Below, one piece after another: positions 19,230-28,562 of a stretch of 64,000 bases of DNA (position 1 is the stretch's first letter; every line of letters begins with the position of its first letter). The notes under the pieces are model-generated. The model did not search any database, was not told where the DNA came from, and saw only the letters and a program-made list of their open reading frames with translations. Both the position numbers and the translations under genes were made by a program. Location of the stretch: positions 424-64,423 of the forward strand of contig CAISJJ010000129.1 in NCBI GenBank assembly GCA_903885595.1, given 5' to 3'. The DNA comes from an uncultured Bacteroidales bacterium. GTDB lineage: Bacteria > Bacteroidota > Bacteroidia > Bacteroidales > FEN-979.

Positions 19230-22200
19230 ATGAAGATCAAAAACTCCCTCGGATTATCAATCGGTTTCCTGGAAAATGGCTCAATGAAGAGCATCGAAGT
19301 TGCTCCAATCAGAATAAGCCTCAAACCGGCAACGCCTTTTTCAAAATCAGGTCCAAACATTTGGTTAAGGAAACGAACAAAAACCATTGAATACAAAGCA
19401 TTGCTGGGTCCCGAAAGCAACAGCCGGTTTGCGGTGACTGACAATGAACTGTATGCCGAAGGCAGCTGGGACGGTCTTGATTATGTTTGTGTGCTACAGC
19501 TTTCAGAAAAAAGTCTGAGCTGGAAGTGGCGCATCGGGATTCATAATTCTTCGGGCGATGTTGCTGACCTTGATTTGATTTATGTGCAGGATGCCGGATT
19601 AAAGCAAATATCCGATGGATTGGTGAACGAATATTATGTTAGCCAGTATCTCGAGCGGCGCATCCTGGAAGATAAAATTTATGGTTCCGTCATCTGTTGC
19701 CGTCAAAACATGAAAGAATCCGCCAGGCATCCATGGCTGATGATGGCCTGTAAAAATGCAGCTGTAGCTGCAGGTGTTGACGGGATGCAGTTTTACGGCA
19801 AAACATACAGGGAAACCGGGATTCCGGAAGGGTTGCTTACCGACAGGCTTGGTGGCGAGTATGCCGGGGAATCGTCGGTTCTTGCCCTGCAGGAGAAACC
19901 GTTTATGCTTGCTCCGGGAGCTCATCATCAAAGTATTTTTGTCGCGACCTGTTTGCCGGATCACCCGCTGGCCACCTCAGATGATGACCTGAACCGGTTA
20001 CCCGGGCTGATGATAGAATTTGACTCCGAATCTTCTTATGCAAGGCCGGCTGAATTGTTATCTCCGGTTAAAAATATTTTTAATACGACGGGATTTTTAC
20101 CGGTTGATGATTTGAATGATGAAGAACTTGACCGGTTTTTTGGCAATGAACGGCGTCATTGTGAAGAAGAAAATGGTCAGCTTTTGTCATTTTTCTGTGA
20201 TCATAATAACCATGTCGTTCTACGTACGAAAGAAATTTTGGCTGACCGGCCGCATGCACATATCATGCAGGCCCGTGCAGGTTATGCTCCCGATGAAAAT
20301 ATAATTTCAACCACTTCATTCGCATTTGGTGTTTTCAATTCACATCTTTCGCAGGGGAATACGAACTTCAATGTGTTTCTTTCCATATGTACCAGTCAGT
20401 TCAATCTGGAACCTGAAGCAGGACAACGGATCATAGTAACGATCGATGGCCGGCAGTATTTACTTGGAGTTCCTTCAGCTTTCGAAATCGGGCTGAATCA
20501 TTGCCGTTGGATTTACAAATCAGGTGATCATTGTTTTCAGGTCCGCAGCTGGCCCTCCGCAACTGTGCCACAGGTAAACATGGATTTCAAGGTTATCAGC
20601 GGCTGCAAGGTGAATTTACTGATCACCCATGATTTTGACCGGCTCAATGGCTGGACTGTCTCCGCAGGTCATTCAGACAGGGAGTTTGTTGCTACACCAA
20701 TGGCAGGCAGCATGATCGCGGAAAAGTTTCCCGGGGCACAATTCAGAATGATAATTCAACAGCTTAATTCCGATTACAAACCCTGTGGAAAAGAGGCGCT
20801 ATACCCGGTTTATCAAAGCCAGGGGTCATCGTTGTTCGTCCTCGAAGTACGGGAACCATCTGATTTCTGTATGAGTTTCATTGGTGAGGTTTGTTCGGCT
20901 GTTAAGACTGATAGAATTGCAGATGCAGATGCTCAGTGGGTTTCAGATTGTGAGGCAGGCCAGTCAGTATGGAACGACCTGTGTTTAAATCTGTCTTTGA
21001 AAGGAGACCAGGAAGATGCCGCAGCAATCCGGGAAATCCTGCCATGGTATGGCATGAATGCGCTGACCCATTTTTTGACGCCCTATGGATTGGAACAATT
21101 CAGCGGAGCTGCCTGGGGAACGCGCGATATTTCGCAGGGCCCGTTAGACCTGTTGCTGTGCATGGAAAAATATGATGCAGCCCGGCAGATCCTGCGCACC
21201 ATCTTCTCCAACCAGAACCCTGACGGCGGATGGCCTCAATGGTGGATGTTCGACAGCTACGCAAATATCAGGGCCGGCGACTCGCATGGCGATGTGGTTT
21301 ACTGGACCATCATTGCCCTCAGCAACTATATAAAGGTTACCGGAGATATCAAAATCCTTGACGAGATTCTTCCTTTCTATTATGACAAAGGTATTTCCCA
21401 TGCTGAAACAGCCCCCCTCAGCGAACATGTTGACCGGCTTGTCAAAATGATCGTTGATTCATTCATTTCCGGCACCTCCCTGGTGCCCTTCGGAGGCGGC
21501 GACTGGAACGACTCCCTGCAACCGGTCAGCAAGGATCTGGCGCATCGCATGATCTCAAGCTGGACAGTCGAAATGAATTACCAGGCCTTTATGCAATACC
21601 AACTGGTTTATGCACAATCGGGAAACAGGGGAAAAGCCGGTGAATTGAAGGCGATCTGTGAGCACATAAAATCAGACTTTAACAAATACCTGGTTAAAGA
21701 TGGAATTGTTGCAGGATACGGACTGGTCGAAGAAGATCGCACCATCAGCGTACTGCTTCACCCAAGTGATCACACGACCAACATCCATTACAGCATACTG
21801 CCGATGAACCGGGGCATCATCAGTGAAATTTTTACCAAAGAGCAGGCGCTCTATCACCAGGATTTAATTGAAAAGTACCTGAAAGGTCCCGATGGCGCGC
21901 GTTTGATGGATCGTCCGCTCAGATACAAGGGTGGGATTCAAACTATTTTCCAGAGAGCAGAAAGCAGCACCTTCTTTGGCCGCGAGATAGGACTCATGTA
22001 TGTACACGAACATATTCGCTATGCAGAAGCCCAGGCCCGGACGGGCAGGGCCGATGCCTTTCTGAAAGCGCTCCGCCAGGCCATCCCGGTTGCATACCGG
22101 GATATTGTATCCTGCGGGGATGTCCGCCAGGCGAATTGTTATTACAGCAGTTCCGACGTTGCTTTTAAAAGCCGGTATGAAGCCGATGATCTTTACGATG

Positions 22201-22574
22201 AAATAAAAACAGGAAAGATCACGCTCAGGGGCGGATGGAGGGTTTATTCCAGCGGTCCGGGCATTTATGTCGGGTTGATAGTAACCCGGTTGCTTGGCCT
22301 GCGCATCGAATCCGGCAATGTAATTATCGACCCGGTTATTGCCCATTCTTTAAATGATTTTTCTGCATCCCTGGAATTTATGGGCTATCCGGTCACCTTA
22401 ACCTATGTGGTAAAGGAGGATTGTTTTGGTCCTAAAGCCATCACCATTAACGAAAAGCCAGTTGAGTTCATCTGCGAAGAAAACAAATACCGGCAGGGAG
22501 GGGCAATCATTCCGGCAGACCGGTTTTTAGCCAGGTTAAATCAAACAGATAATAGGATTGAGGTACAGTTATAG
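19230..22574 (+). CDS. GH94 phosphorylase, 1,2-beta-oligoglucan phosphorylase (SOGP)-like
   Basis: 1114 aa with no signal peptide; GAAWGTRD, WPQWWMFD, SHGDVVYW, GDWNDSLQP, RAESSTFFGREIGLMYVHEHIRY and GWRVYSSGPGIY motifs recalled from the SOGP clade. Confidence 0.85.
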   Translation: MKIKNSLGLSIGFLENGSMKSIEVAPIRISLKPATPFSKSGPNIWLRKRTKTIEYKALLGPESNSRFAVTDNELYAEGSWDGLDYVCVLQLSEKSLSWKWRIGIHNSSGDVADLDLIYVQDAGLKQISDGLVNEYYVSQYLERRILEDKIYGSVICCRQNMKESARHPWLMMACKNAAVAAGVDGMQFYGKTYRETGIPEGLLTDRLGGEYAGESSVLALQEKPFMLAPGAHHQSIFVATCLPDHPLATSDDDLNRLPGLMIEFDSESSYARPAELLSPVKNIFNTTGFLPVDDLNDEELDRFFGNERRHCEEENGQLLSFFCDHNNHVVLRTKEILADRPHAHIMQARAGYAPDENIISTTSFAFGVFNSHLSQGNTNFNVFLSICTSQFNLEPEAGQRIIVTIDGRQYLLGVPSAFEIGLNHCRWIYKSGDHCFQVRSWPSATVPQVNMDFKVISGCKVNLLITHDFDRLNGWTVSAGHSDREFVATPMAGSMIAEKFPGAQFRMIIQQLNSDYKPCGKEALYPVYQSQGSSLFVLEVREPSDFCMSFIGEVCSAVKTDRIADADAQWVSDCEAGQSVWNDLCLNLSLKGDQEDAAAIREILPWYGMNALTHFLTPYGLEQFSGAAWGTRDISQGPLDLLLCMEKYDAARQILRTIFSNQNPDGGWPQWWMFDSYANIRAGDSHGDVVYWTIIALSNYIKVTGDIKILDEILPFYYDKGISHAETAPLSEHVDRLVKMIVDSFISGTSLVPFGGGDWNDSLQPVSKDLAHRMISSWTVEMNYQAFMQYQLVYAQSGNRGKAGELKAICEHIKSDFNKYLVKDGIVAGYGLVEEDRTISVLLHPSDHTTNIHYSILPMNRGIISEIFTKEQALYHQDLIEKYLKGPDGARLMDRPLRYKGGIQTIFQRAESSTFFGREIGLMYVHEHIRYAEAQARTGRADAFLKALRQAIPVAYRDIVSCGDVRQANCYYSSSDVAFKSRYEADDLYDEIKTGKITLRGGWRVYSSGPGIYVGLIVTRLLGLRIESGNVIIDPVIAHSLNDFSASLEFMGYPVTLTYVVKEDCFGPKAITINEKPVEFICEENKYRQGGAIIPADRFLARLNQTDNRIEVQL

Positions 22575-22614
22575 TACGGTTCTCGGTGCGTTGTGTCCGG
22601 GATTTCTAACAGGT

Positions 22615-23169
22615 TTACTGCTTAATAATCTTAATAGTTTCAGTATTGTCACCTGTGATTGCACGGAGAAAATAAACCCATGGTAGCTTGTCTGACAACG
22701 AGAACTCATGCTTGCGTTCTCCCTTCAGGACTTTCGACAACACCTTTTCGCCCCGAATTCCATAGATATCCACCGTGACCTCATTGGTTGGATCCCCTCC
22801 TTTTAACTCCAGAATAAAACTGCCGGTAGTGGGATTCGGATAGATTTTTATTTTGGAATCATTTATGTAATTAATCCCGACATTTCCAATGGCAACTTCC
22901 ACCATGACGGTGTCTGCAATACAACCGGTTTCATTATCCGTTTCTACCAAAACGACATACCCATACCCTGTTGAGAGCCACTGAACAGTAATACTGGCGC
23001 TCGTTTGATCAATTTCATTACCCCCGGTAACCGCAAAATCATATGCATGGTTTTGTTGTTCATTTACCGAGTAGACCGCTACTTCATTTTCATCCACATA
23101 CCGCGGTCCGGATATAGTTCCAGCGCCTCCTTCATCGCCACCTGCAACAATTGGAAAATGTGTGTGCAC
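22615..23169 (-). pseudogene. C-terminal fragment of a T9SS cargo protein (Ig/PKD-like module + sorting domain)
   Basis: KIYPNPTTG...YFLRAITGDNTETIKIIKQ sorting domain; no signal peptide; GTG pseudo-start; in-frame TAA TGA just upstream (about 23197-23202). Confidence 0.65.
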
Positions 23170-23376
23170 GTAAAAATAAAAACTCTGTGAACCTTGTCAT
23201 TATTGGTTTACAGGGTATAACTGTGTGGAGCTGGAGGGGTTGGAGGATGATAAATTCCAGATGGAAACAAACACATGTCTATTAAGCACATATGTAATAT
23301 AGGTGTAAAAATAGGTGTAGATAAAATATAAATCTACGAAATGCCAGTAAATACTGATATTTTTTGAGGGTACCTG

Positions 23377-23450
23377 TGGAGTATACCGGAGTCGAACCGG
23401 TGACCTCTGCATTGCGAACGCAGCGCTCTGGCCAACTGAGCTAATACCCC
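23377..23450 (-). tRNA. tRNA-Ala (anticodon CGC)
   Basis: Acceptor stem GGGGTAT/ATACTCC with G3:U70; D arm GCTC..GAGC; anticodon loop TTCGCAA; T loop GGTTCGACTCC; CCA not encoded. Confidence 0.95.
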
Positions 23451-23474
23451 CCTTTTTGCTATAAGAACGGGGTG

Positions 23475-23482
23475 CAAAGATA
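23475..23482 (-). promoter_or_regulatory. Bacteroidota -7 box for the tRNA
   Basis: TATCTTTG(CA) on the minus strand about 25 nt upstream of the tRNA 5' end. Confidence 0.7.
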
Positions 23483-23485
23483 ACG

Positions 23486-23618
23486 GAATTACCAATTACC
23501 AATGACTAATTACCAATGACCAGTATGCAGTTTAACATGATTCCTGATAAGATTTTTTGCGATTTCAGAAATTTTAAAAAATCGTCATTGGTCATTGGTC
23601 ATTGGTAATTGGTAATTC
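23486..23618. repeat. Long inverted heptamer cassette (ACCAATK / MATTGGT)
   Basis: GAATTACCAATTACCAATGACTAATTACCAATGA against the reverse complement of the right arm GAATTACCAATTACCAATGACCAATGACCAATGA; spacer is about 60 nt. Confidence 0.92.
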
Positions 23619-24600
23619 ATAAGGCCGGTTTTGTCTTAATAACTTTGTTGCTTCCCGGCTTCAGGCTTTGAAGGTACTTATAAATGGCTGATAGATCTGT
23701 AGTATCCATTCCGGCATACATGGTCCAAGGCATGATCGATTGATCGTCACCCTTATGAATTACCGGAGGTTTGAATGTGGATAAATCATATGTCTTAAAA
23801 CGGAAGATGAAAGCCTCTTTCGTCCATTTCCCGATACCAGTCTCCTTATCCGGGGTGATATTTGAAGAAATGAGCATGCTGCCATCCGGCATCTGAAATT
23901 CACGTCCGCCTGTAAAAGCAAGCGCTTTTACGATTTGACCATGTTCGGCAGGTGTATGACACTCAATGCAGCCCGAGGCTCTCACCAGATATTCACCATA
24001 ACCCAGCGTATCGCTTACAGGAGGTATTGCATTCGGTTCAGCCTTTTTTGGAATGAGATGAAGGATTACATTCATCGGGAAAGTCGGATTTGAGCGGGAT
24101 GCCGTGTATTCAATGGGTGAAAGACTTCGGATGTAGGCTATGATGCTATAAATATCCTCCGTGTCGAGCGTGCCATAAGCCGGATAGGGCATAATCGGGA
24201 ACATGGGACGCCCGCCTTTGCTTACGCCACTGGTTATGGCACGATAAATTTCTGCGTCGGTCCAATCTTTCAGTGCAAAAGGTGTGATGTTCGGCGACAT
24301 GAAATGCCCGGGGAATCCCAGTTTTTCATCGAAAACCTCACCTCCTTTTCCTTCTGTGCCGGCAACCAGGGGACCTGAAAACTTACTCCAGTCGCGGGTG
24401 GAGTGGCAATCGATGCAGACCATCACATGGTAGGCAAGGTATCTCCCCCGTTCGATGCGTTCGGGTGACGATGCCACCGTTACCTCCTTGACCGGCACAT
24501 TGGGAAGGAACCAGACAATATACAGGACAATGCCGATAAGGATAAGTACAACGGCAGCAACAATTCCGCCGAGGATCTTGGGCCATTTTTTCTTTTTCAT
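23617..24600 (-). CDS. Membrane-anchored diheme cytochrome c
   Basis: N-terminal TM helix; CIDCH and CIECH heme motifs; SPNITP..MFPIMPY and SSNITPD..MPW distal Met motifs. Confidence 0.9.
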   Translation of the reverse strand: MKKKKWPKILGGIVAAVVLILIGIVLYIVWFLPNVPVKEVTVASSPERIERGRYLAYHVMVCIDCHSTRDWSKFSGPLVAGTEGKGGEVFDEKLGFPGHFMSPNITPFALKDWTDAEIYRAITSGVSKGGRPMFPIMPYPAYGTLDTEDIYSIIAYIRSLSPIEYTASRSNPTFPMNVILHLIPKKAEPNAIPPVSDTLGYGEYLVRASGCIECHTPAEHGQIVKALAFTGGREFQMPDGSMLISSNITPDKETGIGKWTKEAFIFRFKTYDLSTFKPPVIHKGDDQSIMPWTMYAGMDTTDLSAIYKYLQSLKPGSNKVIKTKPAL

Positions 24601-24851
24601 GTTTAAAAGATTAATTATGAATGGAGAGCAATCTGCTGCCGGGTAAGCTTCATTTTAAAAACGGTTTTATAAAAAATGGATGGTGCGTTCCATTTCTGCC
24701 ACAGGAATTTCGAACCATCCAATAACGTTATGTTTAAATTCCATAGTATCAGAATCAAGGTTAAGAAAACCTTATCAAAAATACTAAATAAATGACAGTT
24801 TGTCAATTTTGATTAATCACAATTTCCTATGATAAAACCATGTTGAAAGCT

Positions 24852-25466
24852 TTATTTGAGGCTGTATTTTTTCATGATTTCATTACGTTCGGTAAAAGCA
24901 TCGGATGGGAAAATGACGCCAAATTTTTCATTTAGATCATTAATTTCTTTCTTTTTGGCTTCAGAGCCTTCAGGAAATCCATTTTCTGCCGTGAGCTCAT
25001 GAAAAATCCGCTCCAGGTATTCCTCAAATGGCTGATTGAAATACATATCTATAAATCGGAGTGGTTTGTCGGAGGCATTCCAGAAGGTGTGTTTGATCAG
25101 TCGCGGACGTAAATGCCACCCACCGGCCTGTACTTCAACAATATCGTCGCCTATGAGTATGCTGGCCGTACCATCAGCTACATACATGAGCTCGTCCAAT
25201 TCCCTGTGAAAGTGTGGCGGAGGCCCCATCATTTTTGGTGCAACAGCACATTCAACGTTTGAATATAACCCATCGGTCACGGAAGACCGGATCAGGACCC
25301 GGATTTCCATCCCCCCTTTGTCTTCCAAAGGCGCCCGGGCAGGAAGCAGAAATGGCTTTAAAGCAACCTCGGGAGGTGTGACTGCTGATACTCCAAATGA
25401 ATTTTGTGATAAAACCCCTGAAGCTGTCAATATCATTGATTTTAAAATAAACGCTCGTCTTTCCAT
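24852..25466 (-). CDS. Cupin-domain protein with a probable Tat signal
   Basis: MERRAFILK twin-arginine motif; PPPHFHRELDE and GGWHLRPRLIKHTFWN cupin metal motifs. Confidence 0.8.
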   Translation of the reverse strand: MERRAFILKSMILTASGVLSQNSFGVSAVTPPEVALKPFLLPARAPLEDKGGMEIRVLIRSSVTDGLYSNVECAVAPKMMGPPPHFHRELDELMYVADGTASILIGDDIVEVQAGGWHLRPRLIKHTFWNASDKPLRFIDMYFNQPFEEYLERIFHELTAENGFPEGSEAKKKEINDLNEKFGVIFPSDAFTERNEIMKKYSLK

Positions 25467-25677
25467 ATATGTAATTATTAGTAATAATTCTATTGTTGAT
25501 TGATTCCCTGCAAATAAACCGATGTCTGAGGCTTAGTGATTGCCCGGTGGTCATTCAGGTTATTGCCCGGAATTGAGAATCAAAAATACTAAATTATAAT
25601 GATTCCAAATAAGAATGCATCAAATTTATTCTGAAATAATTATGTTGGAGTTGAAGGGACGATTGATTCCCGGGAAT

Positions 25678-27105
25678 TTAATCCGCATCCGAAAAAGCAG
25701 ATTCAAGAACATGATTCCATCCGCATTTCACTGTTTCAAGTGTGGTATGAGTTTGCCCGGCTACAAACCGGATTACATACTTTCCGTTCAGCCTGGTTTG
25801 TGTAAGGAATACTGTTCCGGAACGATTGATTTCATGAAGCTTGTTTTCATTGTATTTGTCCAGTAAAGTGGCATCATCCATCCCTTCGGGGTGGAAACGA
25901 AAGCAGACCAGGTTGAAGGGTGCGGGTGCCATCAGTTCAATTCCGGGGGTTTTGAGGATCTCCGCTTTAAGCCATTGCCCGGCTGCAATGTGATGGCGGA
26001 TCATCTGCTGCATACCGGCAATTCCGTAAGTCCTGATCACGAACCAGAGTTTCAGCGCCCTGAACCTTCTTCCAAGGGGAACACCCCAGTCGCGGTAGTT
26101 ATTCACTAATTTATCTTCCTGTGTTTTTAGGTATTCAGGTAAGATGCTGAAGGTGTTGACCAGTGCCTGTTTATCGCGGATGAAATAGGCCGAACAATCA
26201 AAATTGGTGAACATCCATTTGTGCGGATTCACTACGAATGAGTCACACCGGTCCATCCCAGGCGCCATCTCACGGATTTCAGACAGCATCAGGGCTGTTC
26301 CGGCATATGATGCATCCACATGATGCCAGCAATTGTATTTCGCGCAAATGATCCCGATCTCACCAATGGGGTCGATGGCCGTTGAACTGGTTGTGCCAAA
26401 GGTGGATACTACGGCCAGCGGCACCAAACCATCAGCCAGATCACGGGTGATGGCCTCTTCAAGTTTATCTGCCAGTATGGCAAAATTCGGATCAACCTCG
26501 ATTTTGACCAGGTTTTCAATGCCGATCCCGGCGATCTTTACATCCTTATCAATGGAGGAATGACCTTGCGTGGATGTGTACACCCTGAACTTGTCGGCAG
26601 GGCTGAAACCCCTCCGGTTGATCTCAAATCCTGACCTTTTTTCACGGGCCGAAAGAAGGGCAACGAGCGTGGCTGATGAACTGCTGTCCTGAATCACCCC
26701 AATGAACTCCTTTGGAAGTCCCAGGATGTCGCGCAACCATTCCATCACGCGCTCCTCAAGCTCTTCCGCTGCAGGGGAGGTGAGCCAGAGCATGCACTGG
26801 GCGCCCATGGTGGCAGTAAGCATTTCGGCCAGGATGGAGGGTTCGCTGTTGTTTGCCGGGAAATAGGCGAAAAAGCCGGGATGCTGCCAGTGGGTCATCC
26901 CCGGGATGATGATATTTTTAAAATCGGAGAAGATCGCTTGAAAATCTTCCCCGTTTACCGGCGCTGCTGAAGGAAGCTGACTTTTGATATCGCCCGGTTT
27001 AATATCCGATTTTACAGAATAATGCTCCAGGTTCCCCAGGTAATCAGCCATCCAGTCGACCAGTTCATGGGCATTCAGGCGGAATTCTTCATTGGTCATA
27101 TGCAT
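25678..27105 (-). CDS. PLP-dependent aromatic L-amino-acid decarboxylase (group II)
   Basis: PGMTHWQHPGFFAYFP, HVDASYAG, NPHKW (PLP Lys) and DWGVPLGRRFRALKLW motifs; start is 27105 or 27099. Confidence 0.92.
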   Translation of the reverse strand: MHMTNEEFRLNAHELVDWMADYLGNLEHYSVKSDIKPGDIKSQLPSAAPVNGEDFQAIFSDFKNIIIPGMTHWQHPGFFAYFPANNSEPSILAEMLTATMGAQCMLWLTSPAAEELEERVMEWLRDILGLPKEFIGVIQDSSSSATLVALLSAREKRSGFEINRRGFSPADKFRVYTSTQGHSSIDKDVKIAGIGIENLVKIEVDPNFAILADKLEEAITRDLADGLVPLAVVSTFGTTSSTAIDPIGEIGIICAKYNCWHHVDASYAGTALMLSEIREMAPGMDRCDSFVVNPHKWMFTNFDCSAYFIRDKQALVNTFSILPEYLKTQEDKLVNNYRDWGVPLGRRFRALKLWFVIRTYGIAGMQQMIRHHIAAGQWLKAEILKTPGIELMAPAPFNLVCFRFHPEGMDDATLLDKYNENKLHEINRSGTVFLTQTRLNGKYVIRFVAGQTHTTLETVKCGWNHVLESAFSDAD

Positions 27106-27180
27106 TCGATTAAATCTGCAATGTTTGAAAAAAACAATATAAGATGGGTACAGCGATGCCCGGAGGGTATTTGATCCCAA

Positions 27181-27459
27181 TCACTGTTCCAGCGCCATTA
27201 ATTCCTGAATCCGCTTTGCAGCATGATCCAACATCATTTCATACAACTCAAAGGCTTCATCTTCATCGATTGAAATATCAAACGCTTCTTCCAAATCAAG
27301 CAAGGGCTCGGTATCTTCAAGCACATCAGGAGGATCGTCGGATGACCACATACAACACATTTGTTTGGAATCCGGATTTTCCAGGTGTTTTTTCCGATGC
27401 TTTTGATAAATCGTATGGAGGGTTTTATATACTTCAGTAAGGTTTTGATCTGAATTCAT
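27181..27459 (-). CDS. Small acidic hypothetical protein
   Basis: 92-aa ORF MNSDQNLTEV...MWSSDDPPDVLEDTEPLLDLEEAFDISIDEDEAFELYEM, in line with its neighbours. Confidence 0.6.
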   Translation of the reverse strand: MNSDQNLTEVYKTLHTIYQKHRKKHLENPDSKQMCCMWSSDDPPDVLEDTEPLLDLEEAFDISIDEDEAFELYEMMLDHAAKRIQELMALEQ

Positions 27460-27464
27460 GTGTT

Positions 27465-28241
27465 TTATTGGTATTTTCCCGCGTGATGAATAAAGCATGC
27501 GCCTCCTCTACATAAAGGCGCCGGCAACCGGTCATGATTAAACAGAATATCCTCCAGTTTAATCAGATGGTTCCAGCCATCGCCAAAATCATATTCATAA
27601 ATGATGATTTCATGAGGGTAAAGCAACAGATCACTGATTCGGGTATTCTTGTAATCAATCGTGCCATCAGGATCTTCCTCCCAAGGCACACCATATCGTT
27701 CATCTTTACAAATAAACTGGTGAAGATGGTAATTTTTCCAACCCATGGCGATCTGGATGATCTTATGCAGGGTTTTCAAGGCAGTGGAAGGCAAAATAAG
27801 CAACCTTCGCCATATCTTCGGATTGATCTCTTCAAGTGAAATATGAATCTGAAAATATACCGGGTTTTCTTTGGCTTGCTTGCCAATCCATGATTTTCGT
27901 ACTCTTCTTACCTTTTCCTCCCTCAACATTTCACGCAGATAAATTGAATGATCACCTCCCAGTCCTTCTACCTGTAACTGAGTTGCGAAATATTTATACC
28001 ATGCATCGGGTGGTTCGGAAGAATAGACTGATACGGATTCTCCACATTTGCTGCATTTGCCTTCCATGGTGATGGTGTTGTCTCTTGTCAGAATGATTTT
28101 AAAAGTTTCAGTAGAATTCTCATTTTGACAATGGTAACACAGAGCAAAATGTAGCAGATGATTCAGATAGAGCGGTTGTGTTTTGTACAATTCACATAAT
28201 TGGTCACGGGTGATTTCGATCTCCTGTTTGATCAGGTTCAT
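27465..28241 (-). CDS. pRiA4b ORF-3 family protein with an N-terminal CxxC-CxxC domain, probably C-terminally truncated
   Basis: KIWRRLLI, LHKIIQIAMGWKNYHLHQF and YEYDFGDGWNHLI motifs; N-terminal CYHC...CSKC; the usual CPPEDCGG tail is absent. Confidence 0.8.
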   Translation of the reverse strand: MNLIKQEIEITRDQLCELYKTQPLYLNHLLHFALCYHCQNENSTETFKIILTRDNTITMEGKCSKCGESVSVYSSEPPDAWYKYFATQLQVEGLGGDHSIYLREMLREEKVRRVRKSWIGKQAKENPVYFQIHISLEEINPKIWRRLLILPSTALKTLHKIIQIAMGWKNYHLHQFICKDERYGVPWEEDPDGTIDYKNTRISDLLLYPHEIIIYEYDFGDGWNHLIKLEDILFNHDRLPAPLCRGGACFIHHAGKYQ

Positions 28242-28251
28242 AGGTGTAGGA

Positions 28252-28350
28252 TTAAAATGATTCAATGATCGCAATGTTAACGACCTGATGCTCTTTTTAA
28301 TCCAACCTGATATACAAAAAGTCGGTTTCCGAATCATATTGAATAGTCAT
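28252..28350 (-). pseudogene. DUF2283-like antitoxin remnant
   Basis: MTIQYDSETDFLYIRLD*KEHQVVN matches the DUF2283 N-terminal pattern, with a premature TAA; ATGA overlap with the upstream ORF. Confidence 0.7.
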
Positions 28351-28493
28351 AAGTCACGCTCCCCTTTTCCATAAAAAACATAAACTGTAACTGTTATCAG
28401 GCGATCCTTTTCAAGAACATCAACAATTTCAAGCCTATCGGACCCACGTTCCAAAGCTCTCGATAAAGTATGTTCATGAATCTCGATTTTCAT
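28347..28493 (-). pseudogene. DUF4258-like (RelE-superfamily) toxin remnant with an internal deletion
   Basis: 48 aa: MKIEIHEHTLSRALERG...EIVDVLE joined directly to KDRLITVTVYVFYG. Both family ends are present and the middle is missing. Confidence 0.7.
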
Positions 28494-28562
28494 TCTCAAA
28501 TATATGTATTATTTCTGATTTTTAAAGGTTTGCATGAATATTAAAAGCTTGAATGATCTTCA

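Noticed and set aside
23200-23502. 100-aa minus-strand ORF
   Set aside because: It runs through the tRNA-Ala gene and the repeat arm, so it is an artefact.
28297-28299. Programmed readthrough of the TAA in the DUF2283-like ORF
   Set aside because: TAA is not a Sec or Pyl codon, the frame closes again 15 codons later, and the partner toxin is also broken; simple decay explains it.
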